From Trichoplax adhaerens (lineage: Eukaryota > Animalia > Placozoa), in contig NW_002060954.1 in assembly GCF_000150275.1 (NCBI RefSeq), positions 558,001-622,000 on the forward strand: a DNA stretch of 64,000 nucleotides. The letters run 5' to 3'. Positions 1-12,598 of the stretch are shown piece by piece (position 1 is the first letter of the stretch; every line of letters starts with the position of its first letter). The notes below the pieces were generated by a model, which made no database searches, had not been told where the DNA came from, and saw only the letters and a program-made list of their open reading frames with translations. The position numbers and the translations under genes are program-made.

Positions 1-488
1 ATAATTACATAGCGTACTGTGCTCAGGATGGGAAAGTTACTAGTAATACTCATGGGTTATATAATTTAGCGATGTAAATCAGCTTTTTATAATATAAATC
101 CGCGACATTCCGTTCACAGAACTATTCAAGCCTAGAATGAGATGCTTTGTACACTGCTTTCCAAAGCAATCTTTATACATGACGTAGTTTTTAATGTCAA
201 CTCGATTGTTAAGATCATATAGATGTTTTGCTAATGTTTATGCCACAGCATTAATGTAATTGCTAATACTATTACTGTAGTCTATAAATCTACTATTTGA
301 GCAACGATTGGTATTTAAAACCTAAACGTGACATGGCAATTTCATCTTACTAATAAAATCAATTTTATTTTATATTATTTTACACTACTAAAGCTTCCGT
401 ACCGTGCATACCTGTATGTATCCGTCTAACGCAAAGTGTACGGTGTACACCTATGCGCATATACTCGTGGACTGCCATAAATATGAAC

Positions 489-527
489 CAGGGACTTCTA
501 AGATGAATTTTCTCTTAGAAGTGCCTG
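489..527. mobile_element. Mini TIR element (39 bp), same family
   Basis: cagggacttctaaga...tcttagaagtgcctg (14/15); flanks atatgaac / ttatgaat. Confidence 0.65.
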
Positions 528-643
528 TTATGAATTATGCAGTATAAAGTACGACGTATGTGAGCGAACGAAAGCTATTAATCCCTGTGAAGGCTTACTA
601 CTCAGCTCTAAACAGTAAGCACCAATATTGCACAATGTACAGT

Positions 644-681
644 CATGGACTATTAAAGTTATGGTATTTTAGAAGTCCATG
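644..681. mobile_element. Mini TIR element (38 bp), same family
   Basis: catggactattaaa...tttagaagtccatg; flanks gtacagt / gtgcagt (7 bp, 1 mismatch). Confidence 0.65.
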
Positions 682-1500
682 GTGCAGTAGGTTTGAAGCT
701 CTTACAAAATCGTGTACTTAGTACGTGCCGAAATTTTAAGGCGATAAATTTATGAAACTAATGATACGAGCATCAATGCTACGATTATAATAATTAATTT
801 AATACTGTACGCCAACTAAGCCGACATATTTACGTATCTCGCTAAATAAATGCTTGCAAAGTACATATAATTATATACGTATATAAGGTTGCATGACCAT
901 TTAATTACACAGTAATTGCAATTATAATTATCCAAGTAATCAAATTCTGCACCGTGCACACCGGAGCACTGACTGCACATAGTAACTTAGAAATATTATT
1001 AATTATTCAAACCAAGTTAATCGTTATAATAGCTACTATACTTATATTTTTATCATCGATTTTTCTCTTATATATATATATTATTATGCCCGTACTGTAT
1101 TTTTGTATCGCTTCATTCTACTTTGCGTACGCGTATAGTAATTACAGGATTTGCTATTTATGACTTTGAGTCGTTATGAATAAGAAAGTTAGTTGGAGCA
1201 ATTTCAAAGAGTATTTATGCGAGTAGAGCTGGCATATTTATGTTCCTAACATTTGATGTATTATTACAGAAAATACACAGATCTAAGATACTACGCGTAT
1301 AGTGTAGATTACAGTATACAAAGTCCATTGTGAATTTCGTTATATGTTAATAACACCACGATAGCTGTATGCAGGACGAGACCCTCGTAGTGATAGAGTC
1401 ATAACGCCAGACGTTGGAAAATTACAGGAAAAATAGTCCTGTAAGTCTACCTGCGTGTCTATCCTATGTATTTATAGCTCTTTTATCTTCAGTTTCAAGG

Positions 1501-1761
1501 TTAATGAGTCTTAAATTTCCATGACTGGCGGCACATTGGACAAGTCTGATCTTGATAATTCTGTGATTGCAACCATTTCAAAATACAATGTACATGAAAA
1601 CAATGCGAACATTCACCCCATACTATTGTACAATCATCACCAGGTAGTTTACACTCCGGGCAGCAAGAATCGAAGGGCATTCTACAGATACCACAATTGT
1701 CATCATTCACTTGCCATTTCCAACTTGCTACACCTATCCATTTCTGTATAGTTACTTTCAT
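1501..1761 (-). CDS. ANAPC11: Anaphase-promoting complex subunit 11 (RING-H2), 86 aa, intronless CDS
   Basis: MKVTIQKWIGVASWKW..DDNCGICRMPFDSCCPECKLPGDDCTIVWGECSHCFHVHCILKWL..QTCPMCRQSWKFK is the characteristic APC11 sequence with all RING-H2 ligands. Confidence 0.97.
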   Translation of the reverse strand: MKVTIQKWIGVASWKWQVNDDNCGICRMPFDSCCPECKLPGDDCTIVWGECSHCFHVHCILKWLQSQNYQDQTCPMCRQSWKFKTH

Positions 1762-1839
1762 GATAATTTTGACTTTAGGTTCACTACCGAGTAAAACGTT
1801 CGCCAGATATTGTACTATATCTTGATCTTTTAACCGTGG

Positions 1840-2390
1840 CTGTACAGTAAGTACGGTTCTGTGCTGAACTGCCTAGTGTACAGTATCATGGACTACTTAC
1901 TACAGTACTGTACAGCGTGGACTGCACCGGAGATGTCGTGCACCCAGAGGTCTTCATGGTCTAGTCCGAACCCTGTGTACAGTATAGCGCGTTTAACCGC
2001 CACTCAAATTTGAAATCACGCATGCAGAATGACTGGTTAAATCATCACAGCGATAAAAGAAAAAACTTTTTATCTTGGGTTCGGTACTACACAGTACAGT
2101 ACAGTACAGTACGATAAGTTAGCACTGTACAGTACAGTACAGTACAGTACTGTACAGTACAGTACTGTACAGTACAGTATGCTTTTTTCTGAACTCTACA
2201 GTACAGTATGCTTTTTTCTGAACTCTACAGTACAGTACACTGTAAATGTATGTACTGTACTGTACAGTACTATGGAACCAGTCTTTTTGCCTACGGACTT
2301 TTCTTTTTCTTGACATTTTATTGGTCTCTATGGTACAGTACAACACTCGTTTGGTTTTAATACTCGCGTGTACAGTACTTCACCTACAGT
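1840..2390. repeat. (TACAG/CTGTA)n degenerate pentamer array in the ANAPC11/PRR11-like divergent promoter; includes a 29-bp tandem duplication at ~2173-2236
   Basis: Runs such as acagtacagtacagtacagt and actgtacagtacagtacagtacagtactgtacagt lie between two divergent start codons. Confidence 0.85.
1994..2015. promoter_or_regulatory. Candidate Myb + CHR cell-cycle element in the ANAPC11/PRR11-like bidirectional promoter
   Basis: TAACCG (YAACNG) overlapping CCGCC, followed by CTCAAATTTGAAA with a canonical CHR TTTGAA at 2009-2014. Confidence 0.45.
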
Positions 2391-2483
2391 ATTACATTGA
2401 GCAACCATATTATTCAATTTGAGTGTCGGCTTCAACGTTGAAACATTTCGACTTGGAACTAATCACTGAGTTCAGAGCTAATA

Positions 2484-4572
2484 ATGGAAGTAACTTCATC
2501 TCCAGATAAACTTGGCAAATTTGAGGATGCCCCTCCCTTGTCGAAGACTTATTGCCAACGTATAAGTGTTGAAGAATATGAACAAGTAGGAGAAGAAGCT
2601 ACTCGTACAGCGTTAAAAAACTTAGTGTCCAATTTAGAAGCTGATTCGGAATTATACAAGCGAGTGTTGCGAAAAAGAAAGCAGGAATCTTTAGAAAATT
2701 CCGGCCTTTTTAGCTATGTGAAATGTAAAATATATTCGTTTCTAAATTACACTGAGCATTTGCAAATATCAGATGAAGATTACCACAATGAAATAGAGCG
2801 GTTAAAGTATAATATTATAAATGCCTTCAATTATGCTCAAGGTGAGGATTGTAGCAAAGTGACTATCATTAAATCGTCTATATTTATATATATATATATA
2901 TATATACAGTAGACAGCACATACAGTATACAAATTTCTATTACATTCATATGGGAATAACGGGACACATTATGCAACCACACTACTATGCTTACAGCAAT
3001 TGATCAGCCTAGCCATAACCACAGATTTCTGTCGCGTGCAATCAGTAAGGGAAAGCAAAAATATTATTAAAATCAGCTAACAACAATTATAATCATAACT
3101 AGTGTATTACTTCATAATAGCAAATGAAATTGAAAAATAAAAACATCTTAACACAGTCCAAAGCTTTCAATCGTTGAAGAAGAATGTAGCATCGTACAAC
3201 AGAGCGCGACATTTATCATATGCAGGGATACTACAAATATAGATTGTATACGGATAATATAACGTTTTAATTATAATTATGACACAAACGAAGGTAATAT
3301 CGAGTTAAAAACTATATAGTGACTTTAAACAATATAAGATACAACAATGTTATAGATTATACAGTATACAGTATACTATACAATATCCTATCAGCATTGA
3401 CGACTATATTATATATAGAAGATTACTGGAAGAAGTCTCCAGGAGTCCTTATACGCACCTAAATTTAGTTAAAAATTTTCAATGGAGATCCATCAAAGGT
3501 ATAGAAAGTAGTTATAATTCATCATTGGTACTTTAGTTACGAGTAAAACATGAAGCAAATTCATTGAGAGTAAAACACTATTACTTGTATTGAGTAGCAG
3601 CTTATCTTATGTTTATGGTTAGAACAATAAAATAGAGCCTCACTTTATCGTATAACTTTACTATGCTTGAGCACAACCTTTGACTTGGTAAGTCACACAG
3701 AAATCTAATTAGCCTCTTAAGATAGGAATGACAGCTTCTCATTCAGATCTACAATAAGAATAATAAATAGAACGATTTAGCGAATTTATGCATTCGGACT
3801 ATAAGTGTAACTTCAGGTATTATTGAATTAGTTAATTAATTTTATTTTATTCGCCATCCTATGTAACAATTCGATAACGATTAGACACGAAAACTTTAAA
3901 AATAATAGGACAGTCCTTTATTTATAATGTAGTCGAAAGGTTTGACATGGGTGTACTGTATGCAGACTACTCACTGCATAGATGAAAGGTATTACATTAC
4001 CTTATGCATATCTAGACCTCATTTCTATACCATGAATACTACTACAAGTATTATCTTTTTGTTGTAAGACAGATATCATGAAATAGACATACTTTAAATA
4101 TCCATCGCTAGTAGTGTGCCATTCGTTCGTGTATGCGTCTGACTTTCTGTCCAGTATCATGAATTTCACGAATGATGCCACGAAATCATTACCACCGAAT
4201 TTGAAATTTTTAAGATTCTGATCGTCCATGTCTTATTACTCTTGATTTTTTTTTCGTCCATGTATGCAACTACCAGATAGACGTATTATTTTAAGCTAAT
4301 CATCTAGAATAAATGATATATAATTATTTATATTGTGTTAGTAAAATTGTTGTAATGTGAAAATGTCGACGATAAAGAATATCTACATCTCACTTTTGTA
4401 GAATCTAAACTCAATAAAGACCAGAGATATTCCCGCAGATTAATAGAAAAAAAAAGTAAAGACATGATTGAAAAAATGATCCAGTCTTCTATAACTGAAA
4501 TAGAACAAAAAGCCGAATCTTCCTCTTCATCTTGTTACCAACAAAGGGAATCTGCTCAAGTAACTCTTAAAG

Positions 4573-4603
<31 letters not shown>

Positions 4604-5425
4604 ACCACCACCATTGCCCAGCGCACCCATTATGAGTAGCACTGATGGAAATACACGTAATCCCGAAAAGGTAAATGAATTTACTAGAATATCTGCACCT
4701 CCCATAGAAGCAAGCACTTCCATTTATACTATTTACATGAATCAGTTTGAAACCTTATCGCTTGTAGGTTACTGTAAAAAATTTAAAAAGCCTAACGATT
4801 GCTAAATTTTATTTTATTTGTAAATAAAGAAACTTGGCAATCAATCTGAGTTGGACAAGAAAAATGAGTAAAATTTCCTAGTTGTATTTATATTTTGATT
4901 GGGATTACGTTATATACTATTTACTGTAGAGTAAATAAATTTAATTTTTTTCAACTTTAATCTTTTTAAACAGATTTACAACAGAATCAACCAAAAATAC
5001 CTCTTCTATTGAATCTACGAATTTAGAAGCAAATAAGAAATGTCCTAGTGTCGACGAGACTTCTTTGCACGATTCTATAATGTCTGTAATTAAGGATGGA
5101 TCTGCTTTGGCAAGTTTGCGTAAAACGAGGTAAGATGTTGTTTTCCCGGGATGAAACAGATTCTGTTAACTGATATAATGGCTTTAAAACTTCTAAATAG
5201 TTTACTTCCTATCTTAAACAATTAAACAGTGCCGATGATGATCAAATTGAAATCAAAAGACGTCGATTGCAACAAGAGGATAATGACGCTATGAAAAAAT
5301 TTTTTAACGAAAAGCTCATCGATAAATTTAAGAATGTCGCTCGTAGTCCGGAAGTTTCTGACATATCCAATAATTCAGGGTTCGATGATGTCGTAAATAC
5401 TCATAATGGTAGTTGGTTACAGTAA
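2484..5425 (+). CDS. PRR11-like proline-rich protein with WH2-like motif; 5 predicted exons (2484-2841, 4402-4670, 4830-4867, 4974-5129, 5230-5425)
   Basis: GT-AG introns join in phase. The product has a helical N-terminal region, a poly-Pro tract (CCA repeats at ~4575-4620), a WH2-like LHDSIMSVIKDGSALASLRKT and the C-terminus DAMKKFFNEKLIDKFKNVARSP...GFDD...GSWLQ*. This resembles the PRR11 end as I recall it (ALRRKF...RSP...SFDE). The family assignment is by eye. Confidence 0.7.
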
Positions 5426-6465
5426 CCATTACAAAATACTCATACGGTATAAATATGCGTTTATATGCATTATACACTCTCTAGTCAACACTTTCTTCTT
5501 AAGACATGTACTAACATAAAGCTTGTCCTAAGAAAAGTTATAATCAGTCAAACAGTACCAATTGATACCACAAATATGCTATATCGTATTCTAATACGTA
5601 TTCAATTTTAATGAACTTTTCGCAGAAAATTACGTAGATAGATTTTAACCAATGTATTAAAAGAATCATTATTCTTAATCAGTTCACAGGCAATAATGTA
5701 ATTATCTTAAGTTATTTTGCTAAATCACGACACAGAATACCGCATACAATTATATTTTCACTCTATATCATTTATTTCCCTTCCGAGTTGAATCATTGTC
5801 CATAAAACAATATTAGTAGCTTATCATTATTATGATAATGAAGCACATGACTTAGCATACAATTTCCTATACAGCAACTGAATATTAGCCCCTAAATACT
5901 CTTGTAGGTATCTGTACAAAAACTATACACGTAAATAAAATGATCTTTCCAATATAGCCTCAACTACCTTTCATTACTAATTTTTGAACTACTGCCATCA
6001 GGTTTTGGATATGATCCTTAGCAATGATATTTAAATATGTTATTGATACACTGTACATCATATAATGTATGATGTTCGATATTTGTAACTTTGAATAATT
6101 TTTATTACAATTGTTCATCGCAACCCTAATTGTACTTCGTGCGGGTTATACTAGGGACTCCCAAGAATCTCTAAATATATAAGTAACCATGTTATTATAT
6201 GTACTCCATACCAATATTAGGTTAATACTATAGATGGTAATATTATAAATATCCAGTAAAAACAGGTAGGAGTAAAATCAAAGACTACAATAGCACTTCT
6301 CCAGACGTACTTACTACTACTTATCAGTCAAAATATACTATTTAGGAGCGATATTACTTCCAATTGTTGATCATACATAGTAAAGACTCAAAACCTGTTC
6401 ATTTCGTCAAGGACAGCACAAAAGTCGTGTAGTAAATTAGACAATTACAACAAATCCGTTCATCA

Positions 6466-9400
6466 TTAAACGGACGCGCCAAAAAAACCGTGATTCTTGA
6501 CACGTTGCCCTCTTAAAGAATAGAAGGACCAGATCAAAATCTGTATAACAGATGCTACGATAGGGACCAAACAAATCATGCTGAACATGGCTTGTCTTAA
6601 TTCCGGTTTAGCGGGAATAGTCACTGCTAAAAGTCATAAAATTCTTTGTAAGATAAAATTTGTAATTCTATAGATTTCAGAATATATTAGTCGACGATAG
6701 TTTTCTTAAAAACAATCCTATAGAACTTATCTAAATATTAATAATGCTTTATTACAACCTTGACTTCCGTGCTACCAGGGCAATCACCGAAAAGAATTTC
6801 ATGCAATAAAATTGAATTAAAATATATTTGCATTGTACTACTACTTTTGAAATTTAAGTAAGATAACGAACCTGGTAACCATAGCCGGTTAGAAAACTAA
6901 CTACAAACATGGGAGCTAATGATTGGGCAGGCTTAGTAAAGAGAGCATTGGTACCAAAAATCATAGAGGAGATTGGAGCCCTTACAAAATTTTAAAATTT
7001 TAATTTCACCATGGTTAACAATTTGCCATGAAATTATAGTGAAGCACTACTATAGGACAAGTTATTTACATGGATGTATTGCAATTATTATACCTTCTCT
7101 TATATTTAGCCCTGTCATCATCAATGATATCCGAGACGGATAAATTGAATAAAGAAAATGTGGCTTCTGGTAAACTCCTACAGATCAAAATTAAAATCAA
7201 TTACATATTGAAACAAGTTTGGTAAGACAATTCTTTTTATACAGTACAGTACATACCTATCCAATACCATAAAGAATATTAAAAATATCATATTACTAGG
7301 ACCACTTAAAAACATTGCTAGTGCCAGTGCGAACTAAGTGTACAAGCGAAAGAACATGAGAGTTAATACAGTAGCATATAAGCAGATTTCTTGAGGTAAA
7401 GTTGAGTATATTTCTTCAACAAATTTACCTTGATGAAAAACGAAACCATTATGCAACGGTATGATCCGAATCTTGCCAGCAATGGGGAAAACAAAAGAAC
7501 CAGTATCTTATCCGAGAATTAATATAACCTTAACTGACATAAACTTATAATAGCTTCCTTATGGTAAGATTACTAAGGCACCTGAGGTAAAACGAAGGCA
7601 GAACCAGCCATAATGCTCCTTGCTTGCTATTAAGATATTAAATATGTTTTTAGGTTAATAATTTAACAAGATTTGCGCAGTAATTCATTACACTTACGGG
7701 AAGTAAAGACGAACCAATCAAGTTGTCCGCGAAAATTGAAAAGAAATTACTGCCAATAGTATTATGAAAAATCTAGGTTGATACAAAATGGTAATAATGT
7801 AAATAAACTTAAATATAAATATAAACATAATATATATATGTTCTGTTGGTATAATTTCTCTAATTGCTATAAAACTAATCAATATAATCTCAATTGAAAG
7901 TAATTTTCTTGAGAGCTTTAAGCTCTTACCTGTAAAAAATTCATCAATACGAATAAGGCTATCATTATAGAGTAAAACATTGAAGATCAGAACATTATTT
8001 TTACAAAAGAATTAGTACACAAAAGCGGCATCTTTCTTAAAAAATTGTATTGTATATCAAATAGAATAATAAATTTACCAAACTGCTTGTTGGTTGTAAT
8101 TTGCTTAAACAAGGTGTACAATGTAATATCTGATAACGGATTGTCATCTTCGCCTAATATTTCATAGAAAGGTAGCATCATTGTAACAAAATATGAAGAC
8201 ACTATATGGATCTAATTTTCAAGTTTATATTCAACTTCGCAGTACTAATAAGCTCTTACCGCTATCAATCAGGACGGAGTTAGAGCTTTCTGCATCAGAA
8301 ATATTAATCGCATATCTTGCTGTGTATGTCATTGCAAAGTAGCTGATACTCGCAATAACAACACAACAGATTTGGAAATATCTAAAATATTTCAACTAGT
8401 AATAAAAAATCTATTCAGTAAATCAAAATAATTCATTTTGCTACAATTTCAGATCCAAGCAAAGCCTAGAACCTGATTGCATTGTTCCTCTTATCAATGT
8501 ACACTTGTACAGTATAGCATTCGAAATTACGAATTCAGATATCGTAAGTTAGTCAATATAACAGCTGACTACTACTGTAGACGTAAAATTATTACTTTTT
8601 ATTTGAAAGAAAGTAATCGCAAAGACATACATTTTGAGATATAAGTTCAGTAAATAAAACGGCGCTAGATCCAATTATTGATGCTATTTGGCTGAAGTGC
8701 AATAGTATAACAAAGATAGTTAATCTTTAGCAAACTTCGAACGAATAGACCTAAATAATGATAAATTATCTATATTGGTGTGAAAAGTGAGAGTTAAACA
8801 TTAATTACCTGTATTTAAGGACTGTTTGTCTGTCAGATTCCTTGGTAGCGATTTCAGCAAACAAAGCACATTGTGCTAAGAGAACTGTTAAGAAGACATA
8901 CAATACATTCAAATCAATTCACCAGAGGTGTGTGAATGTTATACATGTGTGCCTTATACTGTACATATACGACACGTATTTCTAAGTTTATACAGTATAA
9001 CATTACCATACGTAAACATGCCATCGTAAAAACAGAGAGAGGTAATCAAATGCATTCCAACTACCCAATCGCTGTCACCAAAGGCCGTCCAAGGTATCCA
9101 AGGAATTAAAAAGCTATAAATTTACAGGTAATTCAAAACATTGAAATATCAATTAGAACATAACAAGGCTATTGCCTCTATAACAGGAGAAAGTTCATCA
9201 TTATCATTAACGGTCTATCACAAACACTATAAGGGTGCTAATTTCCTAAGTAGTGCAGACCTTAACGCAAATATGGGAGCTCCATATAAAATTGCAGTCC
9301 TGCGGCGGCGTGAGAAGGCAACTTTGGAACTATCCTGAGTAATAAAGCAGAACTTTTGACTTGCAACAAAATACTGTGCATGCTTAAGATGGAAATCCAT

Positions 9401-10310
9401 TTATAATTGCGAATCACCGATTTCCATTTAACTGTAAGTTATGTCCTTTTGTATCTTATAGTATTATAACCACTTACAAAATTATAATATAAAATCAATT
9501 TCACTAACTCAATTTTACTTAGTAAGGTTATTCTTACTTGTAAATAGCCAAATAATGGATCATTAATTGCATTCCACACCAAGTAAATGAGCTGAGCGCG
9601 ATAAAACCAGGTATTATTAATTCTAAAGGGCAAATGATTTACAAGAAAACGATTAAAGATGGTGTCAGAAACATTATCAAATGAAAATCCTTCTGAAAAA
9701 GAAGCGGACGCTAAACTCCAAGTTAATACAAGCAAGATCTCAAGCGGCATCTTATGGGTACTTTAATCTTATTGTGGCTCTGACTTAATTGCCCGTTACA
9801 TTTATGTGCTTAATAATAATTGACAGTAAAGTTAACGTCAATCAATGAATTATAACTTGGAAAAAATTCTGATGGACTAACAGCTTTAAAGATTGCTAGC
9901 AAATATGAAACTACAGCTCCACCTAACGTTACTTATCAGTTCCAGAAATTCTTAAATCTATCTATGCATATGCTATTGCTAAAATAGATTACATAGAGCT
10001 TCACGTAATGTATTTTAGTAGTATCAATAGCAGAAAAAGATAACATACTACTTTTCAATGGATATCCTATTAAATAAGATCTAATGACAAGTCATTATAT
10101 GCCATAGTAGAGCTAAGTTATAAACATAATAATAAATATTCAAGTTACTTATTACATGAATAGATAGACTGAAATTAATACAAGAAGCACTATAATCTAC
10201 CTGTAGCCATTGAGAAATAATTTGATGTAATAGAACTGAAAGATAGAGTTCATCATGGACGCAGCCAAGGTCGTCGACGCATATGCAATAGCACTCTTGG
10301 TAATCGACAT
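6466..10310 (-). CDS. MFSD13A: MFS-type transporter MFSD13A/TMEM180, ~17 coding exons
   Basis: Spliced translation: MSITKSAIAYASTTLAASMMNSIFQFYYIKLFLN..LVWNAINDPLFGYLQD..AILYGAPIFALSFLIPW..CFYDGMFTYVLLAQCALFAEI..FNLSVSDIIDDD..SSMIFGTNALFTKPAQSLAPM..QILIWSFYSLRG. These are TMEM180-family motifs, and all introns are GT-AG. Confidence 0.9.
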
Positions 10311-10965
10311 TTTTTCATTCCTGACGTTAGAGAGCGTATACTAAGTAAAACACGTTAGCCACGCGCTTTATGTCATTTATACAACATATACGAAATACTA
10401 TACTCGTATAAACGCGAATATATATCCGTAAATTCCTTACGTTTTACTGTAAGAATAGGCAGATTAGACCAGAACGTAATTAAAAGTAGAGGTTCCACAG
10501 TTCAAATGCACAAGAAGCGGTAAATAGACTAGAATTATGGCATAACGATAAAGAGAGAAAGCGAATGTACACAGTTAATTTTTAAAGTGAATAATAGTAT
10601 ACAGTACTTTCTGTGTTATGTTAGATTAGATTTTAGATTTTATTACATTTTATTATGGACGTGAAACTAATACAAAGTAGATATCTAATCAACCAACGAG
10701 CCACTTTGAACTTATTCCCATTGCGTGGGTTATGTACTGTTTCGCTTACGATAGAGATTGTACTCAGTAAGTACTGAGTGCCTTTAACTCGCATTTCATA
10801 TATCGCGAAAGTTTCTATATTTCTCCTTTAATACTACATACAGTTCAGTAATATTGAGGGTTTATTGTGTATAATAGCATGAGTGCTATGCTGTACTGGT
10901 GTATTGGACATCCATTCATACGATCCGTACTGTACGCGTATATTGTATGTACATGTGTTACTTAC

Positions 10966-11008
10966 CAGGGACTTCTCTTATTGATGAATGACGAACGAGA
11001 AGTCCCTG
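10966..11008. mobile_element. Mini TIR element (43 bp), same family
   Basis: cagggacttctc...gagaagtccctg (12/12); flanks tacttac / tactaac (7 bp, 1 mismatch). Confidence 0.7.
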
Positions 11009-12004
11009 TACTAACTAATGCTAGCATCCATACAGTATAACACCTGCTGCCCAGATTGTATAGTACAATAATTAGCAAGTAGTAGCTATGCAGTACATCG
11101 TAATCTCTAAAATAGACAATGATAAGAATTCTTCCGTGTTGTTGCTTCGTCGGCATACGACCACTGTCTATATGATCATACACTGTATACCACAAACTTC
11201 GATATATCTAGATTTGATTTGATTTATACCTAAATCACTTCCGTTCCAATATCTAGCTAATAAGAGTCGCAAATTAAATCATACCCTAAGTTCTCTAATA
11301 CGATATCGAGAATGTACGTTTCACGTCACCAGTCCCAAGCGCTGGGGTATACTAACATAACTATTAGTTACCTTTACTACAACTGAAATCGGTAGTTCGG
11401 TACACCTCGTCATAATTATAGTTATCACAGTCATAACTAATAGCTATAGGGTCACCATTACCGTATGTTGTTGATAATATTGTACTGTATTTTTAGAACT
11501 CCAGGTTCGTGAGAGTTTCATTTCTAGATTTGCATCATGCTCATACGCGTATACGTCTAGAGTGTACAATTTTTCTTACTCACGTATGAGTCAGTAAGTG
11601 CAAGGCATATACAGTAGTTAATAAATCAAATACTGAACATTGCATTTAGTATTTGTTGTCACGCAATCCGCTGAACAATGTTTTCGGTATTTGTGCAAGC
11701 CCATGAATCATGATTCGTACAGTATCGTATATGGTAGTACGATCTTGTGTACTTATAGTATATTGATATCTACGTTACTTAAAATAATGGTCCAGTCTGT
11801 CTTGGTGTCGGGTAGACAAAAATATATGTAAATGTAAATACTGTATGTACTATATGTTAAATAATTTTACAATGTCAAATATATTTTGCTCTAGCATAGA
11901 ATCATCAATTACCTCAAGTTTCTACATCCAATGTTCGCCTTTGATCCTCAAGATGAAATAGTCACAGCCAAAGTTGCATAAAATTTTGTAATAATTATAA
12001 TTTA

Positions 12005-12510
12005 CTATACTATATACTGTACACTGTACTGTATACAATAGTTAGAATTCGTTTAGTCCTCCAACAAAACAGTCATAACAAATCAAGTAACAAGCTGATC
12101 GCCGATGCACGCAGATTCATATATTCTGCACATCTAACAAGAATTCAACATTAAATACAGTACAGTACATTCCAATTCTAGCATACTGTACATATACGGC
12201 ATACTAACTACTGTATTCCAATCTATAGTATACTGTATACCTTATTCAGCGAACAATTTAGCAACACCAACCACATTCTTGAACACTCAAACATTTAACT
12301 AGGAGCAGCGACATCGTCGATCCTTATGGTACTGTACTGTACAGTACAGTATAATCGTAATAAGTACTGCTATTAGTTAAGGTTCACTAACTGATTTCAT
12401 GCTATTGTTGTACAGCACAGTACTGTATCAGAACACTAAAGTCTACAGTACAACAGTACAGTACTATACTGTATTTTACAGTAGTTCGGACTCTCGCATA
12501 CTGTACAGTA
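12005..12510. repeat. (TACAG/CTGTA)n array upstream of TRAPPC11 and of the probable MFSD13A first non-coding exon
   Basis: Dense tactgtactgtacagtacagta-type units ending ~90 nt before the TRAPPC11 ATG. Confidence 0.8.
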
Positions 12511-12598
12511 GATCTCTACGATCTCGATGACGCTACCAAATCTGAAAGTCGTAGAGTTTAGTTACGCATGCTTATTGATACGATCGATTCTTACCAAG

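Noticed and set aside
1521-1751. Antisense or alternative-frame ORFs overlapping real exons (also 12562-12756, 17698-17997, 40498-40870, 47157-47378, 48927-49115, 51646-51843)
   Set aside because: They are shadows of genuine coding sequence with no recognisable motifs.
2119-2346. ORFs rich in YCTVQYST (also 30410-30781, 63012-63209, 63697-63897)
   Set aside because: These are translations of the TACAG/CTGTA arrays, not proteins.
3419-3498. Possible poison exon in intron 1 of the PRR11-like gene
   Set aside because: AG/GT boundaries with an in-frame stop are easily found by chance in AT-rich introns, and there is no other support.
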